NCBI RefSeq assembly: GCF_000011465.1
Contig: NC_005072.1
Span: forward strand, 1,260,001 to 1,292,000
DNA: 32,000 nucleotides
From: Prochlorococcus marinus subsp. pastoris str. CCMP1986
GTDB taxonomy: Bacteria; Cyanobacteriota; Cyanobacteriia; PCC-6307; Cyanobiaceae
Direction: 5' to 3'
Positions 1-11,268 of the stretch are shown one piece after another. The notes below the pieces were generated by a model, which ran no database searches, had not been told where the DNA came from, and saw nothing but the letters and a program-made list of their open reading frames with translations. The stretch's first letter is position 1. Each line of letters begins with the position of its first letter. Position numbers and translations under genes: made by a program.

Positions 1-1
1 T

Positions 2-880
2 GTATTACTAAAAGAAAAAAGAAAAAATGAAACGATTGATAAGAACCAAGTTTTCCCTAAACGAGAAATTAACTTTTTAAACACAATAGAATTTCAAGGT
101 ATTGATATATGGTTCCCACTTTTGCATGGTGTAAATGGAGAAGATGGAGCAATTCATGGTTTATTAAAATTTACCCAAAAGCCCATAGTAGGAGGAGGAA
201 TTTTAGGTTCTGCTCTTGGCATGGATAAAATATTAATGAAAAAAATATTTTCACATCTAGAAATTCCCCAAGTAAATTATTTAGATATTCAAAATCAAGA
301 TCTTAGTGATGATAAAGTAAAAAATAATTTATCTGTTGAGATTATTGAAAAATTAAAGTTACCAGTTTTTGTTAAACCTGCTAATTCAGGCTCATCACTT
401 GGTATTTCGAAGGCCAAAACTAGATCAGAAATAATTAAAGCATTACAAAAGGCTTGGGAAATAGACTCCAGAATTGTTATCGAGGAAGGTTTAGATGTTA
501 GAGAACTTGAATGCGGAATAATTGGTAATTTAAAACTTACCGCATCTGAAATCGGTGAAGTTTCTTATTCAACCGATTGGTACGATTATGATTCAAAATA
601 TTCGATGGATAATCAAATAATTATTCCAGCTGATATTGATTCTCAAATCTCTGAACAAATTAAAGATATTGCTATTAGAAGTTGTAGAGCATTAAATATT
701 TACGGTTTCGCAAGGGTTGATTTCTTTTTAGAAAAGATTTCAAATAAAATTTTTCTGAATGAAATAAATACAATTCCTGGTTTTACTAGTAAAAGTATGT
801 TTCCAATGCTTTGGAATGCTTCAGGTTTAAATATTGATCAACTTGTAGCTAAACTAGTTGATATATCATCAGATTTATAG
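2..880 (+). CDS. ddl: D-alanine--D-alanine ligase, 5'-truncated by the window edge
   Basis: ATP-grasp ligase motifs: LHGVNGEDGAIHG, KPANSGSSLGISK, ARVDFFLE...NEINTIPGFTSKSMFP. The reading frame is open to base 2 and translates as VLLKEKRKNETIDKNQVFPKREI..., so the track start at 122 (TTG) is internal. Confidence 0.93.
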   Translation, partial: VLLKEKRKNETIDKNQVFPKREINFLNTIEFQGIDIWFPLLHGVNGEDGAIHGLLKFTQKPIVGGGILGSALGMDKILMKKIFSHLEIPQVNYLDIQNQDLSDDKVKNNLSVEIIEKLKLPVFVKPANSGSSLGISKAKTRSEIIKALQKAWEIDSRIVIEEGLDVRELECGIIGNLKLTASEIGEVSYSTDWYDYDSKYSMDNQIIIPADIDSQISEQIKDIAIRSCRALNIYGFARVDFFLEKISNKIFLNEINTIPGFTSKSMFPMLWNASGLNIDQLVAKLVDISSDL

Positions 881-891
881 ATTAAAGTCAA

Positions 892-1302
892 ATGTTGCAT
901 GGACTACTTTGGTTACCATTACTTTTAATCTTCGTTCTATTAACAGCTCTCGGTTGGCTAGAAAGAAGAAGACAAAATCTTTTTAGGAATTGGGCAAGTG
1001 GTTCTGAAATTTGCAAATTAGATAGTTCTGGTGCAGCTTTTTTAAAGGATGGTGAATTAAAATGGAGTGCATTTGAAGCTGGAATATTTGAAGAAAAAGG
1101 TAGTTTTACAATAAAGAAACTAGAACTAGTAGAGTTAATGGCCCTTACCTCAGGAGAAGCACCTTTAACCAATGAATCACAAGGTAAGTGTAGGCTCAGG
1201 CTCGTTGGGGATGGGAAAGAGATGGATGTTCCATTTTCAGATGCAGAGAGAGCTAGAGAGTGGATGGATCAACTGATGGAAAAAGCTAGATGTGATTTGT
1301 GA
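892..1302 (+). CDS. Conserved hypothetical, N-terminal transmembrane segment, between ddl and ftsQ
   Basis: ATG ORF of 136 aa, hydrophobic N-terminus MLHGLLWLPLLLIFVLLTALGWLERRR, overlaps the ftsQ start by 4 nt. Confidence 0.75.
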   Translation: MLHGLLWLPLLLIFVLLTALGWLERRRQNLFRNWASGSEICKLDSSGAAFLKDGELKWSAFEAGIFEEKGSFTIKKLELVELMALTSGEAPLTNESQGKCRLRLVGDGKEMDVPFSDAERAREWMDQLMEKARCDL

Positions 1303-2024
1303 AGGATAAACAAAAATTAAAGAATAAAAGGTTTTTTTTGTTAATTACCTTTTTATTTTTTACAAGTTATGCAACCTCTAAAATTTTCAAAAATGTTAAT
1401 TACCAAGATGTTTCTATAGTTGGTAGCGAATTATTTTCTATCGAGGATATAGTTGTAAACTCATCTCTAAATTTCCCTACCTCGTTGATATTTGTCAAAA
1501 GCTCATACACAGAAAGAGAATTAAAAAAGAATTTATCTCTAAAGAATGTTTCAGTTTTTAGACAAATATTCCCTTTTGGTTTAAAAATTCTAATTAAAAC
1601 AAGAACTCCAATAGCTTATGGCGAACGGCTTTTTAAAGGGGAAAAAATAACTGGTTTTATTGATGAAGATGGTTTCTTCATCAGTCTAAAATATTCAGAT
1701 CAAGAAAATTTGAATAAAATAACTAGTAAAGTTTTTGGATGGAAAGAAAACTTTAGAGAGACACTATCAAAAATTTTGAATTACCAAAAATATAACGATG
1801 TTGAATTCATTACAATAACTTTCTCCCCTAATGGCTTTTTAACTTTAGAGGAAAAAAGTCTTAAAACAATATTGTTAGGATTTAATCCAAAAAGAATAGA
1901 AAATCAATTACAAATAGTAAATAATATGAAAAACCAAATAAGAGAAAATAATATCTTAGAAAAAATAGATAATATCGACCTAATTGACCCCAACAATCCA
2001 AAAATTAAAGTGTTCAAACCCTAA
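1299..2024 (+). CDS. ftsQ: FtsQ/DivIB-like cell division protein (POTRA domain)
   Basis: GTG start; N-terminal TM segment, POTRA-like region (VSIVGSELFSIEDIV...), conserved position directly upstream of ftsZ. Confidence 0.75.
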   Translation: MKDKQKLKNKRFFLLITFLFFTSYATSKIFKNVNYQDVSIVGSELFSIEDIVVNSSLNFPTSLIFVKSSYTERELKKNLSLKNVSVFRQIFPFGLKILIKTRTPIAYGERLFKGEKITGFIDEDGFFISLKYSDQENLNKITSKVFGWKENFRETLSKILNYQKYNDVEFITITFSPNGFLTLEEKSLKTILLGFNPKRIENQLQIVNNMKNQIRENNILEKIDNIDLIDPNNPKIKVFKP

Positions 2025-2201
2025 TAATTGAAAACAAATTTCATAAAAGTTTTTTTGATTAGATCAGTAATTGAAAGGGTTTCGGTTATTCACTCAAATT
2101 TTTGACAAGTTAATATTTAAGGACTTTCTTCAAGAAAATCCTACATATCAGCTTAGTGAGTTCATAATGCATCCAATACTAGTATTTGATTTTATTTAGA
2201 G

Positions 2202-3317
2202 ATGAGCTTCGGAAACAATCCAAACTTTGATCAATCAAAAGACATCCTTCCAAGTCAGAATGCCAAAATTGAAGTAATTGGTGTCGGGGGTGGTGGGAGT
2301 AATGCTGTAAACAGGATGATTGATAGTGATCTTGAAGGCGTTTCATTCAGAGTTTTAAATACTGATGCGCAAGCATTATTACAATCTTCTGCAGATCGTA
2401 GAGTTCAACTAGGTCAGAACTTAACAAGAGGTCTTGGAGCAGGAGGGAATCCAAGTATTGGTCAAAAAGCTGCTGAGGAATCTAAAGATGAATTGCAACA
2501 AACCTTAGAGGGCTCTGACTTGGTTTTTATTGCTGCAGGTATGGGAGGAGGAACTGGGACAGGAGCGGCTCCAGTAGTTGCTGAGGTTGCAAAGCAAAGT
2601 GGTGCTTTAACTGTTGGGATAGTAACCAAGCCATTTTCATTTGAAGGTAAAAGGAGAATGCGTCAGGCAGAAGAAGGGATTGCAAGATTAGCAGAAAACG
2701 TTGATACGCTTATTGTGATTCCAAATGATCGTTTAAAAGACGTAATTGCAGGAGCTCCACTTCAAGAAGCCTTTAGAAATGCTGATGATGTTTTAAGGAT
2801 GGGAGTTAAAGGTATAAGTGACATAATTACATGCCCTGGATTAGTTAACGTTGATTTTGCTGATGTTAGGTCTGTAATGACTGAAGCTGGCACTGCCCTG
2901 CTTGGTATAGGTATTGGTTCTGGTAGATCTAGAGCATTAGAGGCTGCTCAAGCCGCAATGAATAGTCCTTTACTAGAAGCGGCAAGAATTGATGGAGCTA
3001 AAGGTTGTGTGATAAATATTACAGGTGGGAAAGATATGACATTAGAAGATATGACCTCAGCTTCAGAAATTATTTATGATGTTGTAGATCCAGAAGCAAA
3101 CATAATAGTAGGTGCTGTTATAGATGAATCAATGGAAGGCGAAATACAGGTAACTGTTATTGCAACAGGTTTCGAAACCAATCAACCGTTAAAACAACAA
3201 AGGATTAAAAATAGATTATCTAATCAGCCACTTTATAATATTTCTGATAATAAAGACACAGGTACTAATATTCCAGAGTTTTTAAGATTAAGGCAGAATA
3301 AAAAAGATATCGAATAA
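2202..3317 (+). CDS. ftsZ: Cell division protein FtsZ
   Basis: Tubulin signature [32 protein letters not shown]-terminal peptide IPEFLRLRQ. Confidence 0.98.
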   Translation: MSFGNNPNFDQSKDILPSQNAKIEVIGVGGGGSNAVNRMIDSDLEGVSFRVLNTDAQALLQSSADRRVQLGQNLTRGLGAGGNPSIGQKAAEESKDELQQTLEGSDLVFIAAGMGGGTGTGAAPVVAEVAKQSGALTVGIVTKPFSFEGKRRMRQAEEGIARLAENVDTLIVIPNDRLKDVIAGAPLQEAFRNADDVLRMGVKGISDIITCPGLVNVDFADVRSVMTEAGTALLGIGIGSGRSRALEAAQAAMNSPLLEAARIDGAKGCVINITGGKDMTLEDMTSASEIIYDVVDPEANIIVGAVIDESMEGEIQVTVIATGFETNQPLKQQRIKNRLSNQPLYNISDNKDTGTNIPEFLRLRQNKKDIE

Positions 3318-3332
3318 TCGCTAAAATTAAGT

Positions 3333-3426
3333 GACTCGGTTATCTCGCCTGCCTCAAGCATCCCTTGTGGCTGCTACCTTCCGATCCTGACCAGGTTTGG
3401 GCGTTAAAACCGCGAAAGGCCGAGTC
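3333..3426 (-). ncRNA. ffs: Signal recognition particle RNA (small bacterial type, 4.5S-like)
   Basis: Minus strand contains the diagnostic GGTCAGGATCGGAAGGTAGCAGCC; ends pair (GACTCGG...CCGAGTC). A TAATAT -10-like box lies at 3433-3438 on the minus strand. Confidence 0.95.
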
Positions 3427-3471
3427 TTAAATATATTAGCAATTTTTGATAAAAAAAGATACATAGCTTTT

Positions 3472-4245
3472 ATGTTGCCATCAGAACTAGTTAAATATAA
3501 AAAAAAATCTCAAAAGATTATTGCATTAACTGCATGGGATTCTATTTCAGGTTCTCTAGCTGAACATTCAGGAGCAGATATTGTTCTAGTGGGAGACTCT
3601 TTAGCAATGGTCTGTTTGGGATACAAATCGACCTTGCCTGTTACGTTAGAGAATATGATTTATCATACAAATGCAGTTTCTAGAGGGTTCAGCAAAGAAA
3701 TAGAAGAACAGTCATTATTAGTATGTGATATGCCTTTTCTTACTTATCAATGCGGAGAAAACAAGGCAGTGGAATATGCAGGAAAAATAATTAAGAATAC
3801 TTATGCAAAGGCAGTAAAAGTTGAGGGCGCTGATCCAGAGGTACAGAATGTTATTTCAAGACTCATAAGGATGGGAATTCCTGTCATGGGTCATTTAGGG
3901 CTTACTCCACAAAGCTATTTGAATCTAGGATTTAAACAACAAGGGAACAATTCAGAAAGTCACGAAAAAATCAAACGAGATGCTTTATCACTAGAAAAAT
4001 TAGGATGTTTTTCTATAGTTTTAGAACATATTCCAGAATTACTTGCTAAAGAAATTCAAACCGAATTAGAAATACCAACAATAGGTATAGGTGCAGGAAA
4101 ATTTTGTGATGGACAAGTAAGAGTTACTGCTGATTTATTAGGACTAAATGATAAGCAACCTCCATTTTGTAGACCAATTATTGATGGAAAAAAAATTTTT
4201 GGTGAAAAACTAAAAGAATGGGTAGCAGCCGAAAAGCTCAATTAA
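3472..4245 (+). CDS. panB: 3-methyl-2-oxobutanoate hydroxymethyltransferase
   Basis: IIALTAWDSISGSLAEHSGADIVLVGDSLAM, GHLGLTPQ, GIGAG motifs. The track start at 3397 runs antisense through the SRP RNA; the ATG at 3472 gives the conserved start. Confidence 0.93.
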   Translation: MLPSELVKYKKKSQKIIALTAWDSISGSLAEHSGADIVLVGDSLAMVCLGYKSTLPVTLENMIYHTNAVSRGFSKEIEEQSLLVCDMPFLTYQCGENKAVEYAGKIIKNTYAKAVKVEGADPEVQNVISRLIRMGIPVMGHLGLTPQSYLNLGFKQQGNNSESHEKIKRDALSLEKLGCFSIVLEHIPELLAKEIQTELEIPTIGIGAGKFCDGQVRVTADLLGLNDKQPPFCRPIIDGKKIFGEKLKEWVAAEKLN

Positions 4246-5464
4246 ATTTTTCCCACCATCTAAACATTGAAACAAGAATTTGATTGCTTAATTCCATCCC
4301 TTTTGGATCACTTAAAAAAAATCTGTTACCTCTTTTAATTAAAAGGCCACTTTCCAGGAAGGGTTCCCATGCTTTTAGTAACTTTTTTAAAGCTATTTTG
4401 GACTTTTTATTATCCCAATTTTGTTCGTTTAATAAGTTATAAATATTGATACCCTCTTTAAGTCTCATTCCTAACATGATTTTCTCATCCAATTCTTTAT
4501 AAATATTTTCTTGGTTAATTAGTGAATGTTCTAATTTGATTTCGCATTGCTTAGTTACCCATTTTTTATAATCTTTACTAATTCTTGGCCTTGTAAAATT
4601 CTCTCCCCAAGGAGAACTAGTCGACCCTTGACCAAAACTCCACCATCCAAGACCTTTCCAATAAACTCTATTATGTCTTGATTGATGTCCAGGGATAGAG
4701 TAATTAGAAATTTCATATCTTGAATAACCTGAAGCTTTTAAAATAAAGTTTGTTAACTCACTATTTTTAAAAGCATCATCATCCTTTGGTAAAGATAGTT
4801 TACCTAAATCAACTAATTTCTTAAAAACCGTTCCATTCTCGATACTTAAATCATAAATTGATATGTGTGGAGGAAAAAACTTTAACGATTGTTTTAAGTC
4901 TTCTTGCCATTCTTTAAAACCACTTCTTGGTAAATTTTGAATTAAATCCAAACTCCAACTTTTTATAAAACCATGATTATATGCTCTCTTTAACCAAAAA
5001 CAAGATTTTTCTACATCCTTGCTGCAATGTCTTCTTCCCGCCTGTTCTAAGACCTGATTATTAAAACTTTGAACTCCAAGACTAAATCTATTAATCCCAG
5101 CCTTTATAAAGCCATATAGATCATCTTCATTAAAACTAGCTGGATCAACTTCCATTGTGATTTCAGCACCATAATCAATTTTATAATTCTCCTTAAAAAG
5201 ATTTATTAAATCTTTAATCTGTAAGGGATTTAAAATTGAAGGAGTTCCTCCACCGATATAAATTGTTGAAAGAGGAGATTTATGTTTGATTGATAATATT
5301 TCTTTATTTAAATAGGTCAAATATTCTTTAACGGTTTTACTCCCATATCCCTCTAAACTTTCGATTTTATTACCTAAAGGTATAACTGCAAAATCACAAT
5401 AGAAACATCGTCTGTGGCAAAAAGGTATGTGTACGTAAGCACTTCTAGGCAATTTATTCATCAT
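4238..5464 (-). CDS. hemW: Radical SAM heme chaperone HemW-like (HemN family)
   Basis: YVHIPFCHRRCFYCDF radical-SAM CxxxCxxC motif, YIGGGTPSIL, GVQSFN, YEISNYSIPGHQSRHNRVYW. Confidence 0.88.
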   Translation of the reverse strand: MMNKLPRSAYVHIPFCHRRCFYCDFAVIPLGNKIESLEGYGSKTVKEYLTYLNKEILSIKHKSPLSTIYIGGGTPSILNPLQIKDLINLFKENYKIDYGAEITMEVDPASFNEDDLYGFIKAGINRFSLGVQSFNNQVLEQAGRRHCSKDVEKSCFWLKRAYNHGFIKSWSLDLIQNLPRSGFKEWQEDLKQSLKFFPPHISIYDLSIENGTVFKKLVDLGKLSLPKDDDAFKNSELTNFILKASGYSRYEISNYSIPGHQSRHNRVYWKGLGWWSFGQGSTSSPWGENFTRPRISKDYKKWVTKQCEIKLEHSLINQENIYKELDEKIMLGMRLKEGINIYNLLNEQNWDNKKSKIALKKLLKAWEPFLESGLLIKRGNRFFLSDPKGMELSNQILVSMFRWWEKFN

Positions 5465-5559
5465 GCAAACAAAATATAAAGCTTAAAAAAAAAACATAGA
5501 GGAGTTTTAAAAATAAAATCTTTATTTACTCAATTAATAAATCCTAGTAGATTATATAT

Positions 5560-6669
5560 ATGACGGATATCTTAGTACTAATTTTATTTGTATTGTCTGG
5601 AGCGGCATCAGGATGGCTTGGGGTTGATCTTCTACCAATAGACATACTTAAACAAGTCTCTAATGTAGAAGGTTTTAGAATTGTACTAGCCATAATAGGA
5701 TTTTTTATTGGATTAGCAGCAGGTTTTGTATTTTTACAGCTTAGAAAGACATTCCTTGATCAAATACGTACAATGCCTACGGATTTGTTAATAAGCAGAG
5801 CGGTAGGGTTGATTTTAGGATTACTTGTTGCAAATCTACTACTTGCTCCAATATTGTTGATTCCATTTCCAAGGGAAGTATTTTTTGCAAAACCTTTAGC
5901 AGCCATTCTTAGTAATTTTTTCTTTGGGGCACTTGGTTATAAATTAGCTGATACTCATGGCAGGACATTGTTAAGACTATTTAACCCTACTAATACTGAC
6001 GCTTATTTAGTAAATGAAGGAATAATTCCAGCAGCAAGTCCAAAAATTCTTGATACTAGTGTAATTATTGATGGAAGGATAAATGGTTTATTAAGCTGTG
6101 GATTACTTGAAGGTCAATTAATTGTGGCCCAAAGTGTAATTGATGAACTACAAACCTTAGCTGACTCTAGTAGTAATGAAAAAAGAGGAAAAGGAAGAAG
6201 AGGTCTTAAATTATTAAAAGAGCTGAGAGAACTATATGGAAGGAGACTTGTAATAAACCCAACTAAATATGAGGGGAATGGGGTAGATGAAAAACTTCTA
6301 AGAATTACGGAGGATATGGCAGGTACTTTAATTACGGCAGATTATAATCTTTCCCAAATTGCAGAAGTAAAAGAATTAAAAGTTATGAATTTGAGCGATT
6401 TAGTTATAGCTTTAAGGCCAGAAGTACAGCCTGGAGAATCACTTAATATAAAAATAGTCAGAGAGGGTAAAGAAAAATTGCAAGGAATTGGATATTTAGA
6501 TGATGGGACAATGGTCGTAATTGATGATGCAAAGAAATTTGTGGGAGAAAGATTAGATATAGTTATTACTGGTGCATTGCAATCGCCCACTGGAAGAATG
6601 GTATTTGGGAAATTGATAAATAATCCTGAGTCAAACAAATCTTTTAAATCTCCAGCGACACAGGGCTAA
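5560..6669 (+). CDS. Membrane-anchored PIN/TRAM domain protein
   Basis: N-terminal TM helices, PIN domain LDTSVIIDGRINGLLSCGLL...VIDELQTLADSS...LITADYNLSQIAEV, C-terminal TRAM-like domain. Confidence 0.85.
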   Translation: MTDILVLILFVLSGAASGWLGVDLLPIDILKQVSNVEGFRIVLAIIGFFIGLAAGFVFLQLRKTFLDQIRTMPTDLLISRAVGLILGLLVANLLLAPILLIPFPREVFFAKPLAAILSNFFFGALGYKLADTHGRTLLRLFNPTNTDAYLVNEGIIPAASPKILDTSVIIDGRINGLLSCGLLEGQLIVAQSVIDELQTLADSSSNEKRGKGRRGLKLLKELRELYGRRLVINPTKYEGNGVDEKLLRITEDMAGTLITADYNLSQIAEVKELKVMNLSDLVIALRPEVQPGESLNIKIVREGKEKLQGIGYLDDGTMVVIDDAKKFVGERLDIVITGALQSPTGRMVFGKLINNPESNKSFKSPATQG

Positions 6670-6709
6670 ATATAGCTAGAATCATACTAGTATTTATTTT
6701 GTAGAACAT

Positions 6710-7372
6710 ATGACTGTATCTGCTCCTTATTACGGCGAGAATACCGCTATGAGGACTCCGCCACCAGATTTACCTTCTCTTCTGCTAAAGGAGAGAATTG
6801 TATACCTAGGATTACCGTTATTTTCAGACGATGACGCTAAAAGACAATTAGGAATGGATGTTACCGAGCTAATTATTGCTCAACTCCTATATTTAGAATT
6901 TGATGATCCAGACAAACCTATTTATTTTTATATAAATTCAACAGGCACTAGCTGGTATACCGGAGATGCGGTTGGTTTTGAAACAGAAGCTTTTGCTATT
7001 TGCGATACCATCAACTACATTAAACCTCCTATTCATACAATTTGTATTGGACAAGCAATGGGAACAGCGGCAGTTATATTGTCTTCAGGGACTAAAGGGC
7101 ATAGAGCAGCTCTTCCTCATGCTTCTATTGTTCTTCATCAACCAATTAGCGGAGCTAGAGGGCAAGCAACTGATATCCAAATAAGGGCAGAAGAGGTGTT
7201 AAAAAATAAAAAATCAATGCTGGAGATCTTATCACGCAACACCGGTAAAAGTATTGAAGAGCTTTCGAAAGATTCTGACAGGATGAGTTATCTTAACCCT
7301 CAAGAAGCTTTAGATTATGGAGTGATAGATAGGATACTCACAAGTCAAAAAGATTTACCTAATAACATTTAA
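6710..7372 (+). CDS. clpR: ClpR-type ClpP paralogue, predicted proteolytically inactive
   Basis: ClpP fold motifs (YFYINSTGTS, IVLHQPISGARGQ), but the catalytic Ser context GLAASMG is replaced by GQAMGTA. Confidence 0.9.
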   Translation: MTVSAPYYGENTAMRTPPPDLPSLLLKERIVYLGLPLFSDDDAKRQLGMDVTELIIAQLLYLEFDDPDKPIYFYINSTGTSWYTGDAVGFETEAFAICDTINYIKPPIHTICIGQAMGTAAVILSSGTKGHRAALPHASIVLHQPISGARGQATDIQIRAEEVLKNKKSMLEILSRNTGKSIEELSKDSDRMSYLNPQEALDYGVIDRILTSQKDLPNNI

Positions 7373-7405
7373 TCCTTACTTTTAACTCACTACTTTTTTA
7401 AAATT

Positions 7406-8011
7406 ATGCCAATAGGAACTCCAAGCGTGCCGTATAGACTACCAGGAAGTCAATACGAAAGATGGGTAGACATTTATACAAGATTGGGTGTTGAGAGGAT
7501 TTTATTTCTCGGACAAGAAGTTAATGATGGAATTGCGAACAGCTTAGTTGCTCAAATGCTATACCTTGATTCTGATGATAATACAAAACCTATTTATCTT
7601 TACATAAACAGTCCTGGCGGATCAGTCACTGCTGGTTTAGCAATATATGACACTATCAAATACGTTAAGAGCGATGTAGTCACTATATGCGTAGGTCTTG
7701 CAGCCTCAATGGGAGCATTTTTATTGGGAGCTGGTACTAAAGGTAAAAGGGTTGCTCTTCCTCATAGTCGAATTATGATTCATCAACCACTGGGAGGGAC
7801 TTCACAACGTCAGGCTAGCGATATTGAAATAGAAGCTAGAGAAATACTGAGAATTAAAGATATGTTGAATCACTCTATGTCTGATATGACAGGACAATCC
7901 TTTGAAAAAATAGAGAAAGATACTGATAGAGATTATTTTCTAAGTGCTGAAGAAGCTAAAAACTATGGGCTAATAGATAGAGTAATTTCACATCCAAGCG
8001 AGGCGAGCTAG
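7406..8011 (+). CDS. clpP: ATP-dependent Clp protease proteolytic subunit ClpP (active type)
   Basis: [60 protein letters not shown]; catalytic residues intact. Confidence 0.96.
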   Translation: MPIGTPSVPYRLPGSQYERWVDIYTRLGVERILFLGQEVNDGIANSLVAQMLYLDSDDNTKPIYLYINSPGGSVTAGLAIYDTIKYVKSDVVTICVGLAASMGAFLLGAGTKGKRVALPHSRIMIHQPLGGTSQRQASDIEIEAREILRIKDMLNHSMSDMTGQSFEKIEKDTDRDYFLSAEEAKNYGLIDRVISHPSEAS

Positions 8012-8025
8012 CTCTTATTATCTAA

Positions 8026-8051
8026 AATTAATATTTAAATATTAATTTTTA
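8026..8051. repeat. 26-nt perfect AT-only palindrome in the clpP-ilvC intergenic region
   Basis: aaaattaatatttaaatattaatttt is its own reverse complement. Confidence 0.8.
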
Positions 8052-8115
8052 AATGAGCAATTATATGGTTTATTTACACCTTTAATGTCTAAAATATTAA
8101 CTATCAAAAGTTTAG

Positions 8116-10118
<2,003 letters not shown>

Positions 10119-10175
10119 ATCCTAATTCAATGAAATTTGTTTTAAGTAACTATCATTATTAAAAAGACAATTTTC

Positions 10176-10442
10176 ATGAAAGAAGAAAAACCCCCATTAA
10201 AAAATTCGGATAATAGTCCTACTGAAAATCTAAAGGAAGAGACAAATAATACATCTTCTGATAATGAATATTCAAAATGGGTTGATAATCAAGGTGATGA
10301 AGTAAAAGATGTTTTTGGATTTAATAGTAGTGCCGAACTTGTTAATGGCAGAGCAGCTATGATCGGTTTTTTAATGCTCTTATTAACCGAATTAGTTTTT
10401 AAAGGAAGGCCTGTCACTTCCTCAATCTTTGGTATAAATTGA
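10176..10442 (+). CDS. hli: High-light-inducible protein (HLIP, chlorophyll a/b-binding-like)
   Basis: AELVNGRAAMIGFLMLLLTELVFKG matches the ExxNGRxAMxGF chlorophyll-binding helix; Asn/Glu-rich N-terminal extension. Confidence 0.88.
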   Translation: MKEEKPPLKNSDNSPTENLKEETNNTSSDNEYSKWVDNQGDEVKDVFGFNSSAELVNGRAAMIGFLMLLLTELVFKGRPVTSSIFGIN

Positions 10443-10444
10443 TA

Positions 10445-10657
10445 ATGGAAGAAAAAAAATCTAATCCATTAAAAATTTTCCTATACATTTCAGCTTGGGT
10501 AATAATTTGGGGAACATTTGGTTCATTTATAGATTTCCCCCTTTATAAAAATAATATCTATCAAGAGGGGAGCATATATCAATATCTTACTTTTACAATT
10601 ACAGCAATCATTTCAATTTTGAGTGCCAAATTCTTTTATAAAAAAATTAAACTATAA
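10445..10657 (+). CDS. Small hypothetical membrane protein
   Basis: Two predicted TM segments (IFLYISAWVIIWGTFGSFI; YQYLTFTITAIISILSAKFFY). The track start at 10439 is a TTG; the ATG at 10445 is more likely. Confidence 0.6.
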   Translation: MEEKKSNPLKIFLYISAWVIIWGTFGSFIDFPLYKNNIYQEGSIYQYLTFTITAIISILSAKFFYKKIKL

Positions 10658-10909
10658 GAACTTATATCTATATTTTTTAATAATTTTTGCTGGTTCTAAA
10701 TTATCCTGAGTCTCATATAGTATCCATTGATGAGTTTCAGTATCATGATCACAACCTAAGCTATTTGATGGGTCAGGCAAATTAGAAAGATATGAGTGAC
10801 ATGACTGATCCGCCTCGAAAGCAGAGTCATAACCACTTAAAAAGTATACTGAAAATCCAATAAGTACAACTGATATAACCACTTGAAAAAATAAGCTAAC
10901 TATCTTCAT
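10652..10909 (-). CDS. Small hypothetical, one N-terminal TM or signal segment plus a Cys-containing domain
   Basis: Internal Met at codon 11 of the track ORF gives MKIVSLFFQVVISVVLIGFSVYFLSGYDSAFEADQSCHSYLSNLPDPSNSLGCD. Confidence 0.55.
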   Translation of the reverse strand: MKIVSLFFQVVISVVLIGFSVYFLSGYDSAFEADQSCHSYLSNLPDPSNSLGCDHDTETHQWILYETQDNLEPAKIIKKYRYKFL

Positions 10910-10968
10910 GAATTTCCGGTCAAAATTTAAATATATCACTTCTAAAATTCTTTCGATAAAAAATTAAG

Positions 10969-11214
10969 CTATCGACCAACATTAAAGATAAAATCATGAA
11001 AGCCTTTATTATTAAAATACAAAATAACCAAAAGTACTAAAATTATATTTAAAACTAATACAACTGAACCAAATATATTAATCTGCTTTTTACCTGGCAA
11101 GGTATAAGTAAATTTTTTTCCTTTAAGAAAAGAAGCTAACCCTTTTTTCTCTTTTTCCAAATCCTTAATAGGTTTATCATTTTTAACTTCACTTTCAGAA
11201 AAACCTTTTACCAT
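10969..11214 (-). CDS. Small hypothetical, C-terminal TM segment
   Basis: 81 aa ORF with a charged N-terminus and TM segment INIFGSVVLVLNIILVLLVILYF. Confidence 0.6.
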   Translation of the reverse strand: MVKGFSESEVKNDKPIKDLEKEKKGLASFLKGKKFTYTLPGKKQINIFGSVVLVLNIILVLLVILYFNNKGFHDFIFNVGR

Positions 11215-11268
11215 TTCAACCTTTATAACAAATTAATAATATTCTAAATTTAAAATTTTTCTCAAGAA

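Noticed and set aside
122-124. Track start of the ddl ORF
   Set aside because: It is an internal TTG; the frame remains open and ligase-like back to the window edge.
888-1172. 94-aa minus-strand ORF opposite the ddl/ftsQ-spacer gene
   Set aside because: The opposite strand has a better-supported ORF in the ddl-ftsQ context; no recognisable motif.
3397-3471. N-terminal extension of panB in the ORF track
   Set aside because: It would translate through the complement of the SRP RNA and precedes the conserved PanB start; the ATG at 3472 is preferred.
4056-4241. 61-aa minus-strand ORF inside panB
   Set aside because: Shadow frame of the conserved panB 3' end.
6342-7184. ORFs at 6342-6638 (-) and 6966-7184 (+, out of frame)
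   Set aside because: They overlap the PIN/TRAM and clpR genes, whose frames carry diagnostic motifs.
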